From Octopus sinensis (lineage: Eukaryota), in contig NC_043010.1 in NCBI RefSeq assembly GCF_006345805.1, positions 37,882,001 through 37,946,000 of the forward strand: DNA of 64,000 nucleotides, written 5' to 3'. This document shows, piece after piece, positions 25,846-39,576 of this stretch (its first letter is position 1; each line of letters begins with the position of its first letter). Below the pieces are notes generated by a model that searched no databases, was not told the origin of the DNA, and saw nothing but the letters and a program-made list of their open reading frames with translations. Position numbers and translations under genes: made by a program.

Positions 25846-27904
25846 CCTCACTGCCCAAAGGCACAAGCAGAAATATGTGAAGCTTGTTACGAGCCTGAGC
25901 AGCAGTGGAAGTGGAAATAACATCTGAGCTGGCAGAATCTTTTTTTGCCAAATGCTTAATGGCTATGCTGTCTTGGATGCTCGGTACGCACACTGAAACA
26001 GGCATGTGTGCATGTGTGCAAGCTAGGCCGGTTGTTTATATTTACATGCCTAAGTGGTGTTTATGAATGTTTAATTTCGTAGAAACTGAAACTGTTTGCT
26101 TTCTTTCTTTTTTTTTTTCCTCACCATCCTTTCTCACCACCCTCCTCCATCCCTGCCGATCCCCTTCCCCAACCTCTGCACTGCTCTCAGCTTCTTTGGC
26201 TCGCTCGGTATTTCTCCGTCCCTCCAAACTTGTCTATGCAATGTGTCATTCATTTGGCAGTTTCACAAACACATAACATATCAAATAAAGATGACAGATG
26301 TTTCTGTGTGGTTCTCGTTTTCTGTTTGTTTATTTCATATTATCTTTGTAGTTGTGTTTGTTAACAAACAATTGATACCAATTGTGGTGGTTCAGCCACA
26401 ATTTTCTTGCCTTTTTTTGCTTTTTTTCATTCTTTTTCTTTTGTTCAGACAATGAGTATATCTGACTACATCATCTAATATATATTTTGTTTTCAAATAG
26501 TAGGAAGTACTGCTGCCACATAAAAAGCACCAGAGCTGTTGCCATATGAAAAGCACCCAGTATATTTGGTAAAGTGGTTGACATTAAGAAGAGCATACAG
26601 CCATAGAAACCTTACCAGAACAGACAATTGGGGCCTGGTGCAGCTCTCTGGTTTGCCAGCTCCTGTCAAACTGTCCAACTCATGCCAGCATGTAAAGCGG
26701 ACAGTTAATGTAGATAATAATAATGATGATGATGAAGTGAGTTGAGGAGGAAGATTTGGCTTCTATTTCTAGCAGGTTAACCTATCATGTAGAGACCCCT
26801 TTGTTAGTCTGATTGTTAGTGGTTGTTGTTAAATGCTAACTCAGCCCTCATCGAGCCAACATATGTGCCCAAACTGGTACAAACATGATTACATAGTTTA
26901 GAAGCTCACTTCATGGCCACAGCTCAGTGGTTTCAGATTTCATTCCATTTTGGGGCAAGTGTCTTCTACTATAACCCCAGGTTGACATACCACATAAAAA
27001 TTCCCTTCTTGGTTCAGTTGTTAGTGGTTGTTGCTTAATGCCTATTCATCCCTGATCAAGCCAATCTTTTACTTGTTTCACTCATCAGACTGTGGCCTTG
27101 CTGGGGCACCACCTTAAAATTTTAGCTGAATGAATCGGCCCCAGTACTTAGTATTGTTTTTTAAGCCTTGTATGCATTCTGTCAATCTCATCTGCTGTAC
27201 TGCTAAGTTAAAGGGATGTAAACACACAAACACCAGTTGTCAATGGGGAACAAACACACACTCAACAGGCTTCTTTTAGTTTCTGTTGATCAAATCCACT
27301 TGCAAGGATTTGGTTGGCCCTAGGCTGCAGTAGCAGACACTTTCCCAAGGTGCCATGCAGTGGGCCTGAAATGGAACCGTATGGTTGGGAAGCAAGCTTC
27401 TTACCTCACAGCCACACCTGACCTGATCAATGTAACACAGAAATGACAGTGTAGTGCATAAGTTCACTTCACAGCCACAGCTGTGAGGTTTCAAACTTGG
27501 TTCTCTTGTGTGGCACTTTGGCAAATGTCTTCTAACACCTGAGGTATCTGTCACCCCAAATGCTTCATTCATAATGTTATTCCTGTTTTCTATCAGTAAC
27601 TTCATAATAATAAATCATAAACTGATCCAAAATAATTTGTGTACTCAGTCTTCTTTATATACAAATTCAAAATAAATAATTAAACAATGTTTTTGCATAG
27701 AAATTGAGAAAAAAAAAGAGGTTACGTCAGTTGGGTTGAATTTGAGAAAGATTTGTCTGCTATTTGTACATTACTGCATATACTTTATGTGCACTTTTTG
27801 ACAAGTTGTGGTGCACCCGAGAAAAGATTATTATTATTATTTCCAGCAGGTCAAACAACAGGGAGGTTCCTGGTTGTGTACATGAGTAATATGTAATATT
27901 TTGG

Positions 27905-28090
27905 TTGTAGTAAGGTAGCGAGCTGGCAGAATCATTAGCATGCTGGGCAAAATGCTTTACGTTCTGAGTTCAAATTCCGCTGAGGTCAACTTTGCCTTTC
28001 ATCCTTTCGAGGTCTATAAATTAAGTACCAGTTGACTGGGCCTCCTCCCCAAAAATTTCGGGCCTTGTGCCTAGAGTAGAAAGGAATATT
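27905..28090 (+). mobile_element. SINE family B (tail type 2)
   Basis: AAGGTAGCGAGCTGGCAGAATC head, GAGTTCAAATTC B box, GCCTTTCATCCTTTCG core, GGCCTTGTGCCTAGAGTAGAAAGG tail. Confidence 0.85.
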
Positions 28091-29109
28091 TTGATTGTGG
28101 TTGTTGTTTTTTTTCAGTTGTTGTTGTGGTTGGTGGCATTGGTAATTCAGGATTGCAGCCGTTGTTGTCATTTAGACCAAGGTTGGCACTGACCAATCAA
28201 ACCTTTAATCAAAAGCTTTCCAACCACGACCATCCCTCCTCTTTTCTCTCCCCGTTAAACTACATAATCCAATACATAATCCTTTTCTGAGACAGTAACT
28301 CTTTAAGTTTGTGTTTGATTTGACTGCTCTTTCTTGCAGGTCGAGAGTGACTGTGTGTCTGTTAGTGAGGATATTGGGATTTCTGTTACTGTTGATGATA
28401 TTGGTGGCGTGGGTGGGGGAAGTATTTGCTTTTCTTTGGTTGTTGTTGTTGTTTGTTATTACCATATTGCTTTGGAGATGAGTCAAGAAAATGTCACTGA
28501 TAAAACATACTTCTCAAGTATGTTGCTACATCGAGAGTAAGATTTAAAACAAAATAACAAAAAAAAATCAAACTAAAACAAAACAACAAAAAAAAAATTT
28601 GGTAGTAATCTCAGAACCAGTCAAAGGGCGGCTTATAGCTATGATGCTGGTGATGGTGGTGAAGGTGGTGTTAGCTGTAGTGGTGGCAGTGGTGGAGGTA
28701 GTGACAATATTCACAGCAATGATGATGACAGCGGTAATAACAGTCATATTGGTAGTTGTGTTAGTGGTAGTACTGGTGGTGGTGGTGGTGGTGGTGGTGC
28801 TAGTAGTTGTAGTTGTAGTATTACTTGTGACTGTTGTAGTAGAGGTGATAGCAGTTTTGGTGGTGTTAATAAAAATAGCAAAGGTTGTCACTATACCAGT
28901 GGTAGTGGTATAGGTTGTGATGATAGTGGTAGTGATGGTGGTGGTGGTGGTAGCAATAGTAGTGGTATTTGAGTGTAGTGCTGATGGTGGTGGTGGTGAT
29001 AGTAATAATAGTGCTGATTGTAGTTGTAGTAGTTGCGATGGTAGTGACTGTGGTTATAGTAATAGTGGTGGTAGTAGTATCAATATTAATATTAGTGGTG
29101 ATTTGGTGT

Positions 29110-29368
29110 GCTAACGATTCTGCCAGCTCGCTGCCTTAATAATAATAATAATGATTTCCAATTTTCTTTTTTACCACAAGGGTAGCTTGTGGGAGGAGAT
29201 TAAGTTGATTACATCGACCTCAGTGTTTGACTGGTACTTAATTTATTAGCCCCGAAAGGATGAAAGGTAAAGTCAACCTCGGTGAAATTTGAACTCAGAA
29301 TGCAGTGGCAGATGGAATACTGCTAAGCATTCTGCCTGGCGTGCTAACGATTCTGCCAGCTCATTGTC

Positions 29369-29400
<32 letters not shown>

Positions 29401-31974
29401 TTCTACTGAAAGGACAAGTCCTGAAATTTGGTGGGGGGGGGGGGTGGACTGATTACATCAACCCCAGTGTTTCATTGGTACTTAATTTATTGACCCTGAA
29501 AGGATGAAAGGCAAAGTAGACCTTGGTGGCATTTGAACTCAGAACATAGAGGCAAACAAAATGCAGTTGAACATTTTGTCTAGCTTGCTAATGATTCTGC
29601 CTGCTCACTGCTTTTGTGGCAGTAATAGTAGTAGTAATAATAGTAATAATAATAATAATAATAACAATAATAATAATAATAATAATAATGGTTGTGGTGG
29701 TGGTGGTTTCTGATTTGGCTTACTGCCACAAATTCTAAGGAAAGTTTCGAGTTGATTGAATCAACTCCTGTTCTCGACTCTTTGCGTGTTCTATCGAACC
29801 CGGAAGGATGAAAGCAGACACGACCTTGGCACCTTTTGAACTCAGAACATAGATATATCTAAATAACTGTTGCAAATCACTTCTTCTACTTACTTGGCCT
29901 TATTTTCCTCCCCACTTTCTCCACCCTTCTGCCTTTTATTGCTGCTCCACCTCCCATGAGCCATTCATAATAATAATAATGATAATAATAATAAGGATTT
30001 TAAATTTTGGCACAAGGCCAGCAACTTTGGGGAAGGGGTTAAATCAATTACATTTACACCAGTACTCAGTTGGTACTTATTTTATCGACTCAGAAAGGAT
30101 GAAAGGCAAAGTTGACCTCAGTGGAATTTGAACCCAGAACGTAAAGACAGACAGAATACCGCTATGCATTTTGCCCGGCATGCTAATGATTCTGCCAGCT
30201 CGCCACCTTCAATAATAGTAATAATAATAATAATAATAATAATGGTTTCAAATTTGGCACAAGGCCAGCAATTGTAGAGGGAGGGGATGTTAGTTGATTA
30301 CATTGACCCCAGTACTTTATTTTATTGACCCTCAAAGGATGAAAGGCAGAGTTGACCTAAGTGGGATTTGAACTCTGAATGTAAAGAACTGGAAGAAATG
30401 TCTTTAAGTACTTTTGTCCCATTGCACTAATGATTCTGCTAGCTTGCTGCCTTGTCAATAATAAATAATAATGGTTTCAAATTTTGGCACAAGGCCAGCA
30501 ATGTTGAAAGGATGGATTTTGTTCATATTATTGCCCTTAGTATTTTGACTGGTGCTTCATTATTTTGCTCCTGAAAGGGTAAAAGGACAGTCGACCCCAG
30601 CAGGATTTGAACACAAAATGTAGGAATCAGCTGAAAAGTCTCTAAGCATTTTGTCTGACACTCTAATGACACTACCACTTCCTCACTTAACAACAACAAC
30701 AACAATAATAATAATATAATAATAATGGTTGTGGTGGTGGTGGTTTCTGATTTGGCTTACTGCCACAAATTCTAAGGAAAGTTTCGAGTTGATTGAATCA
30801 ACTCCTGTTCTCGACTCTTTGCGTGTTCTATCGACCCGGAAGGATGAAAGCAGACACGACCTTGGCACCTTTTGAACTCAGAACATAGATATATCTAAAT
30901 AACTGTTGCAAATCACTTCTTCTACTTACTTGGCCTTATTTTCCTCCCCACTTTCTCCACCCTTCTGCCTTTTATTGCTGCTCCACCTCCCATGAGCCAT
31001 TCATAATAATAATAATGATAATAATAATAAGGATTTTAAATTTTGGCACAAGGCCAGCAACTTTGGGGAAGGGGTTAAATCAATTACATTTACACCAGTA
31101 CTCAGTTGGTACTTATTTTATCAACTCAGAAAGGATGAAAGGCAAAGTTGACCTCAGTGGAATTTGAACCCAGAACGTAAAGACAGACAGAATACCGCTA
31201 TGCATTTTGCCCGGCATGCTAATGATTCTGCCAGCTCGCCACCTTCAATAATAGTAATAATAATAATAATAATAATGGTTTCAAATTTGGCACAAGGCCA
31301 GCAATTGTAGAGGGAGGGGATGTTAGTTGATTACATTGACCCCAGTACTTTATTTTATTGACCCTCAAAGGATGAAAGGCAGAGTTGACCTAAGTGGGAT
31401 TTGAACTCTGAATGTAAAGAACTGGAAGAAATGTCTTTAAGTACTTTTGTCCCATTGCACTAATGATTCTGCTAGCTTGCTGCCTTGTCAATAATAAATA
31501 ATAATGGTTTCAAATTTTGGCACAAGGCCAGCAATGTTGAAAGGATGGATTTTGTTCATATTATTGCCCTTAGTATTTTGACTGGTGCTTCATTCTTTTG
31601 CTCCTGAAAGGGTAAAAGGACAGAGTCGACCCCAGCAGGATTTGAACACAAAATGTAGGAATCAGCTGAAAAGTCTCTAAGCATTTTGTCTGACACTCTA
31701 ATGACACTACCACTTCCTCACTTAACAACAACAACAACAATAATAATAATAATAATAATAATTATAGTTCTTTTTATTATAGGCACAAGGCCTGAAATTT
31801 TGGTAGAGGGGTCTAGTCGATTATTGGTACTTATTTTATCGACCTTGAGGGGATGAAAGGTAAAGTCAACCCTGGTTGGATTTGAACTCAGAATATAAAA
31901 GACAAAATTCTGCTAAACATTTTGTCCAGAAGTCTAACGATTCTACCCGCTCGCCACAATGATAATAATAATAA

Positions 31975-32005
<31 letters not shown>

Positions 32006-32460
32006 AATCATCTTTTCTATTAAAGGCCCAAGACCTAAAATTTTGGGGGAAGTGGTTAGTCAGTTACATCATTCCAGTGCCCACTGGTACTTATTTTGCC
32101 AACCCTAAAAGATGAAAGTCAAACTCAGAACATAAAGATGGTTGAAATTCCGCTAAGCATTTTGCTCAACATGCTGAGGATTCTGTCAGCTCACCACCTT
32201 AACAACAACAACAGCAACTACAATAATAATCCTTTCTACTAAAGGTACAAGGCCTGGAATTCTGGGGGAGGGGACTTGATTACAAATAACCCCCCCCCCC
32301 ACGTACTTGACTGGTACTTACTTTATTGATGCCAAAAAGATAAACGGCAAAGTTGACCTCGGCGGAATTTGAACTCAGAACATAACGGCAGACGAAATAC
32401 AGCCAAGTATTTCACCCAGCGTGCTAATGATTCTGCCAGCTTACTATCTTAACAACAACA
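29110..32460 (-). mobile_element. Head-to-tail array of about 13 family B SINE copies separated by (AAT)n
   Basis: Repeated AAAGGATGAAAGGCAAAGT core and GAATTTGAAC about every 220-290 bp, all in one orientation. Confidence 0.9.
29688..31763. repeat. ~1037-bp near-identical tandem duplication
   Basis: GTTGTGGTGGTGGTGGTTTCTGATTTGGC at 29691 and 30728; only a few SNPs/indels seen between copies. Confidence 0.95.
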
Positions 32461-35400
32461 ATAACAATAATAATGATAACATGAGAGAAAATGGTGCAAT
32501 GTTACTGCACTGCTGTATCACATATTGTCACATTTTCACATCCTACCATGACTACCATCACAGCATTGTATACACCCCCTGGGTAAGGCACACAATTCTA
32601 GTTACTTTAGTCTGCCTGATTGAATAATTAGGTTTTGCTTAGACTTAGTTTACCCCCTTCTCTCTCTCCCTCCTACTTATCTCTGTTTTTCTCTTCTCTT
32701 CCCCCTCTTCACTCTCCCCACTCTTCCCTCTCCCCATTCTCTCCCTCCAACTGTCTCTTGTCTTATTGGCAATCTCTTGTTTATGTGGAGCGGCAAAATC
32801 CTCTACTATACATGCCATATATGCACAGGCTGTCACTACTAGATACATTAAGAGGAGCATTTACCAAAAAGCCATTACAATATTGGTAATAAATATCTGT
32901 TATGTGGCCGCTTGCCTGAAGGCATTCCACCACGGTCTGTCCAGATGATCGACACTATCCCCTGCCAATCTCCCCTTCCCGATGCAAAATATTCTTGATG
33001 GTATAATGATATACCAAGACTCTTATTGACGTGTATAATATATATGTACATGTGTGTCTGTGTGTATACGTATGTATGTATGTATGTATGTATGTATGTG
33101 TGTGTGGTGTGTGTGCATGTACGCTCATACATTTAGCTGTCCAATTTCAATTTTCTGAAATCAGTATCCTGTGGTATATCCATAAAACCTCTCCATGACT
33201 TGGGAAATGGCTGCGATGATTATTTAGAATTTGAATTTTAGCTTTCGCCTAGATTAACACTTCTACTTAAGCAACGAAACCTGAGATTACCATATAGGTT
33301 TGTGGGTGTGTACATGCAAACACTCATGCATGTACATAAAACTTACATACATACATGTGTATGTATGCCTGTTATTAGTATTGCTATGTCCAAGCAATAT
33401 ATATATACATATATATAATGTTGTAAATGGTTCTTTATTGGTTTTATTGATGAGGATCCAGCTGCCCAATCATGTGAATAATTTGCTCATTGCATCTACA
33501 TGTGGCATGTACATGGCTGAACATTCCACACTCACATGCCTACCTTTAATGTGATTCTCAGGTAAAATCACTCTCATTAAATCCACTCACAGGTCTATGG
33601 TTGGCCCAGGGCTTTACTGGCAGGCACTTGACAGGTGCCATCCAGGGGGACTGAATCCAAAACCACACAGTCGCGAAACAAGCCTCTTAAACCTCTGGCA
33701 TTTAAATTGGCCTTACCTGGCCCACTTTTTCTCTGTTTTGTGTTTAGACTTGCCAGATCCAGCCTCTCACACCTACACTACAAGATAATGCTTGATTAAT
33801 CCAAAACAATGTGAATACATAAACGTTTTACACTTCACATAGTAACTGGAATGCTAAAGGTTTAATGACACACACACATATAGATAGGGTATGATGTTTT
33901 TGTGTGTGGGTGTTTGTGTGTGTGTATGTATGTGTGTGTATGTATATGTGTGTATGTATATATATGTGTGTGTATGTATATATGTGTGTGTGTATGTATG
34001 TATGTTCATGTGTCTGTGTGTGAATGCACATGTGTATTTGTGTGTGTACATGCACATATGTGTATGTGTGTGTATGTATGTACATGTGTGCGTGCATGCA
34101 CATGTATATGTGTGTGTGTGCACATGCACATGTGTATATGTGTGTATGTATGAATATGTATGTGTGTGTGTGCATGCACATGTGTGTGTATGAATATATG
34201 TGTGTGTGCATGCACATATGTGTGTGTGGGTACATATATGTATGCACACACACACACATATATGCCTACTTGAGTTGTACTGTTTTGATAGTTGATTTGA
34301 TCTGAGGTCACATACTGAGATTAGAAGAACTGGTAGGCTGGAGTCACCATGGCCATTAAAAATCACTCAGACATCGTTATATTTCACTCGGCTTTATTAT
34401 AATTATAAGAATACGTGTTGTTAAGTATCAAAGGTTTTTCTTCCTACCTCTATGATTCGGTTAGTGATTAAGCAGAAAATCAGTAACCGTATTGTAGACG
34501 TATGGTGAAAGTCTTTGAACCTAGTATTATGTAATGTCATTATGAAATATTAATAAATTGGCACAGGTTTGGCTGTGTGGTAAGAAGCTTGCTTCCCAAC
34601 CACAGGGTTCTGGGTTCAGTCCCATAGCATGGCACCTTGAGCAAATGTCTTCTACTATAGCCTCGGGCCAACCAAAGACTTGTGAGGGGATTTGGTAGAG
34701 GGAAACTGAAAGAAGCCAGTTGTATATATGCCTTTGTGTATGTGTGTGTATATATATGTGTGTGTGTATATATGTATATATTTATGTGTGTGTGTATATG
34801 TATATATTTATGTGTGTATGAGTGTGTGTGTGTATGTATTTATGTGTGTGTGTATATGTATATATTTATGTGTGTGTGTTGTCTTTGTTGCCCCACCTCA
34901 CTGCCTGACAACCTGTGTTTGTGTGTTTACATCCCAAACACTTAGCGATTCAGCGAAAGCGATTGATAGAGTAAGTACCAGGCTTTAAAAAAAATAAGTA
35001 CCGGGGGTGCTCCAGCATGACCACAGCCTGATGAAACAAGTAAAGGATATGATATAAAAGTGTTTGACTGTAATTAGTTATCTCTTGTATCTTTATCTGT
35101 GTCGTTCATTGGACTGTGGCCATGCTGGGGCACTGGCTTCAAAAGTGTAGTTGATTGTATTGACATTTCTACTTATAGATTACTTTTTATTTTATCAATG
35201 TCTAAGGGCTAGAAAGAAAAATCAGCTTGGGCAGGGTTTGAACCTGGAACGTGAAGGGATCTAAGTAAAATCCGCAATTCATTCTATTCGATGCTCTGTT
35301 GATTCTTCTAACCATCACCTTCTTTTTGTATGGCTGCTCCGAATATTTGGGGAATGAGGATGGTCTGCAATTGCTGTTGTGAGTATATTGACAGCTTCCC

Positions 35401-36619
35401 CGCCTACTTGACTACCTGTTGCCATAGATACAAGAAAGTTCCAGAAATATAGTTCAACTTGTTGGTATAAACACTGAGATCAAACTCTTAGTACTTTACT
35501 TACCCTTCAACTTATGTCTGTGTTTATGTGTGTGTGTTTGTCTACATACAAGTGTTTGTGTGTATGTATATGTATGTTTATATGTATGTATGTGTGTATG
35601 CATATTTATGTATATGTATGATTATGTATTTATATTTGCATATTTTATATATATATGTATATGTATAAATATGTATTTATATATATGTATAAATATGTAT
35701 TTATATATATATATATATATGTATGTATAAATATGTATATATATATGTATGTATAAATATGTATATATATATGTATGTATAAATATGTATATATATATGT
35801 ATGTATAAATATGTATATGTATGTATATATATATATGTATAAATATGTATATATATATGTATAAATATGTATTTATATATATGTATAAACATATATTCAT
35901 GAATGTATGTATATGTATAAATATGTATTCATATATATATATATATATATGTATTAATATGTATGTATATTTATATATATGTATATGTATAAATATGTAT
36001 GTATATTTATATATATGTATATGTATAAATATGTATGCATATTTATATATGTATAAATATGTATGTATATATATATATATATATATATTTGAACATATCC
36101 ACACGTGCTCATAAAGAGGTGCCTCATTCGTTCGCAGTATCAAAAGTGCTAAATCCTAATGTGCTTATCAATAGCAACCACACCAATAATAATAAGAACT
36201 TTTTATTATTGCTTTTATTTATTCATTTATTATTATTAGTTATCACACTGATGTTAGCCATGATATCCATCTGGTGATGCTGGCTGTTGCCATTCTTATC
36301 TTTACAGGATGTCTACTAGTATTGATGTTGTGTAACGATTTGTAGTATATTCTCCTTTTAGGTTTGTGTCAAGGTTGCAGACATTTTGAATGATAGTAAA
36401 TTCTTGTGAACACTTTTAGATAGGATGTGATGCTCAACCATTAGTCTGTTCATCCATCTCTCCATTTGTCCATCCAGCCATCCACTTATCTGCCTATTTG
36501 TAAAGCCATTCAAGTAACTACTTACCTCATGAACTAACAAGTGATCTGCTATGTCTCTATGTTGTGGTTTAACTTGCTGGAAAAGCAGCCAAATCTCCCT
36601 CTCATCACACCCTGGTGTC

Positions 36620-37170
36620 TTAACCGTTTTGTTGTCATATTTCTGTTGAAATACACTACCTTTCTTTCAAATAATTTTGAAAATCTCTTTCTCTTTACGC
36701 CCTTTTCAAGCCTAGCCAAGCTCACGGGCCTGGTTTCCCAGTTTCTGTGGCGTATGTGTCCCCCCCCCCCAGCTGGACGAGATGCCAGTCCATCGCAGCG
36801 TTACTCAAGAAACAGGAAGAGAAAGTGAGAGAAAGTTGTGGCGAAAGAGTACAACAGGGGTTGCCACCACTCCCTGCCGGAGCCTCGTGGAGCTTTTAGG
36901 TGTTTTCGCTCAATAAACACACACAGTGCCCAGTCTGGGAATCAAAACCATGATCTTACGACCGCGAGTCTGCTGCCCTAACCACTGGGCCATTGTGCAT
37001 CCACAATTTTGAAAATAGTGAAGAATTAATCCAGATGATTTTGTTATTTTAAGCTGGTGTTTGGAACCTAAATTAACAGGCAATTTTGATGGAAGATTTT
37101 AAGTTAGATCACTTTAAAACAAATGCTCTGTACTCTAGCTGGGTCCAGGAGGGTTAGTATCAAGTGGTCT
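36620..37170. mobile_element. TTAA-type (piggyBac-like) MITE interrupted by a SINE
   Basis: Begins TTAACCGTTTTGTTGTCATATTTCTGTTGAAATACAC. Related copies or ends at 2263-2310, 17020-17185, 37963-38185, 38730-38830 and 42225-42410 (ending GGTATCGAAAGGGTTA). Confidence 0.6.
36685..37004 (-). mobile_element. Variant C'' SINE (family C head/body, different 3' tail), 12-bp TSD
   Basis: AATTTTGAAAAT at 36673-36684 and 37005-37016; the 3' part reads GCTGCGATGGACTGGCATCTCGTCCAGC...AGAAACTGGG on the minus strand. Confidence 0.85.
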
Positions 37171-38270
37171 GAATAAGTAAAGGCCATATTAGATAATATA
37201 GTCCCAGATACTTTCTCCATTCAGTTGAGGGATCTTTGTCCTGCAGGTTATTTAGTGGCCTCACTGGTGCTGGTGACATGTAAAAAGCATCTGGTGCATT
37301 CTACAAAGTGTAGAAACCATGCTGAAGCAAATGTTAGAGCTTGGCACCGTATTCCGGTTTGCCAGTTCCTCTCAAACTGTCCAACTCATGCCAGCATGGA
37401 AAATGGGCCTTAAATAATGGTGATGATGATGATGTTGATGATATCTCTGAAAAGGGTTTATTGACTGGAATAGTTTTGATCATAAAGCTGCTAAATCAAG
37501 GATGACCTGTTGTTAAGCAATGCCTATAACCGTTTTACCTTACTTAGCCACCTCAATCAATGAATTACTTAATCAGTCACCTACTCTGTCAGTCAGTCAG
37601 TCAGTCACTCAATCAATTGATCAATCTGATTGTGGCCATGGTGATTATATTAATGTGTCGAATTTCCAATAACATTGGTTTCCGCATCAAAAATTAAAAA
37701 AAGCTGTCATGTGATTTTTCAAGTCTGTCATGTTTTGGGAAAAAGTTTCACTTGCATCTTAGATTCAGCCATTTCTAAGATGGTAGGATGAATTTTGAGG
37801 GAAATTTGGTTACTACTTCTTGCTTGTTGAGCAACAGTGTAGAGGCTCTCTCTTTGGCTCCAGATGAACAATAGTTGTTCATAATCTAGTTTACTGTTAT
37901 GGCGTTCTTTGTCTCACTTCTTCTTCCGCCATTTTGCGATCTGTCTTGTATAAATGTATCATATCTGTTAGCTCTTTCATTATTGTATTTGTGTTGAAAC
38001 ACTCTGCCTTTTGTTCCAATTAATTTTGAAAACAACGAAGAATTTATTACAATAACTTTGTTGTTATTAAGCTGGTGTTCAGAGCATAAATCAATGTCAA
38101 AGTTTGATGGAAGGTTTTAATTTAAAAGGAGATAGTTTGTATCAGAGATTCATGGTGGTCAGCTAAATTGGAATCAAAAGGATCAAGCTTTTGTGTCTTG
38201 TTCATTGTGTTATTTGTTAGCCATAATCCTGCGTTGTTATTTAACTCCCAAGTCACTTCCATAATTCAAT

Positions 38271-38706
38271 AGATTCCTAGATGTGACCTTTCCATGCTTT
38301 TCTATATCCTTTTGGTATCTAAGACTTCATTGTCAAATGTGACCCCTATCTTTTTCGGGGTGTCTGAATGTGATTAAAAAATGATATGACTGATTTTTCT
38401 AATCAGCTGACTAATTTGTTTTTTTAGTTCCTTCACTGGATAGTATGTCCTGTTTCCTTGTTAAAGCTTTGTGTCCTGTCTGTTGGTTAGATTCCTAGAT
38501 GTGACCTTTCCTTGCTTTTCTATATCTTTTTGGTATCTAAGACTTCATTGTCAAATGTGACCCCTATCTTTTTCGGGATGCCTGAATGTGATTAGAAAAT
38601 GATATGACTGATTTTTCTAATCAGCTGACTAATTTGTTTTTTTAGTTCCTTCATTGGATAGTATGTCCTGTTTCCTTGTTAAAGCTTTGTGTCCTGTCTG
38701 TTGGTT
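38271..38706. repeat. 218-bp tandem duplication of otherwise unique sequence
   Basis: AGATTCCTAGATGTGACC at 38271 and 38489; about 6 substitutions between copies. Confidence 0.95.
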
Positions 38707-39576
38707 ATAGCAATGTGTTCATCAGTTGCTTAACCCTTTTGATATCAACTCACCCAAAACCACTCCTAGTTCTAGAATACAAGCTAAAATTAACTGAAAC
38801 AAAAGCAGTGTATTTCAACAAAATTATGGTAATGAAATGGATAATGTTGCAAGTATTGTCTGCTGGCTAAAACTCTGTGTGTGTGTGTGTGTGTGTGTGT
38901 GCGTGCGTGCGTGTGTGTGCGTGTTGTTCTTTGGTTCAGCTGTGTGCTTCAGTGTGTTGTTTCAAATGTGTTTATTATTCATTGGTTAAAGCTGTGTGTC
39001 TGTCTTAATCAGTTGGAAATTGGAAGAGATATGAAATAAAAATTCCTATGAAGTATTACATCATCAATATATTGCATACAAATACCATTCCCAGAACTCC
39101 TTGTAGAAATCATCATCATCGTTGTCGTCATCAACATCAATTTTGCGCGTTGCTTGTATGGATCAAACAGAATTCATTGAGGTCAGTTTTCTATAGACAG
39201 ATGCCCTTCTTGTTACCATGCTAATGATTTTGCCAATGATAACAGTTTCAAATTTCGGTATAAGGCCAGCAATTTCGGAGGAGGGGTAAATCAATTACAC
39301 TGACACCCCAGTGCTTGATTGCTACTTATTTTATATACCCCAAAAGGATAAAAGGCAAAGTTGACCACCTTGGCAGAATTTGAACTCAGAATGTGAAGAT
39401 GAAGAAAATGCTGTATGCTAACAATTCTTCCAGCTCACTACCACAATAATAATAATAATAATCCTTTCTATTTTAGGCAGAAGGCCTTAAATTTACTCAA
39501 CTGGTACTTAATTTATTGCCCCCAAAGGGATGAAAGGTAAAGTCAACCTCGGCAGAATTATAATAATAATAATAAT

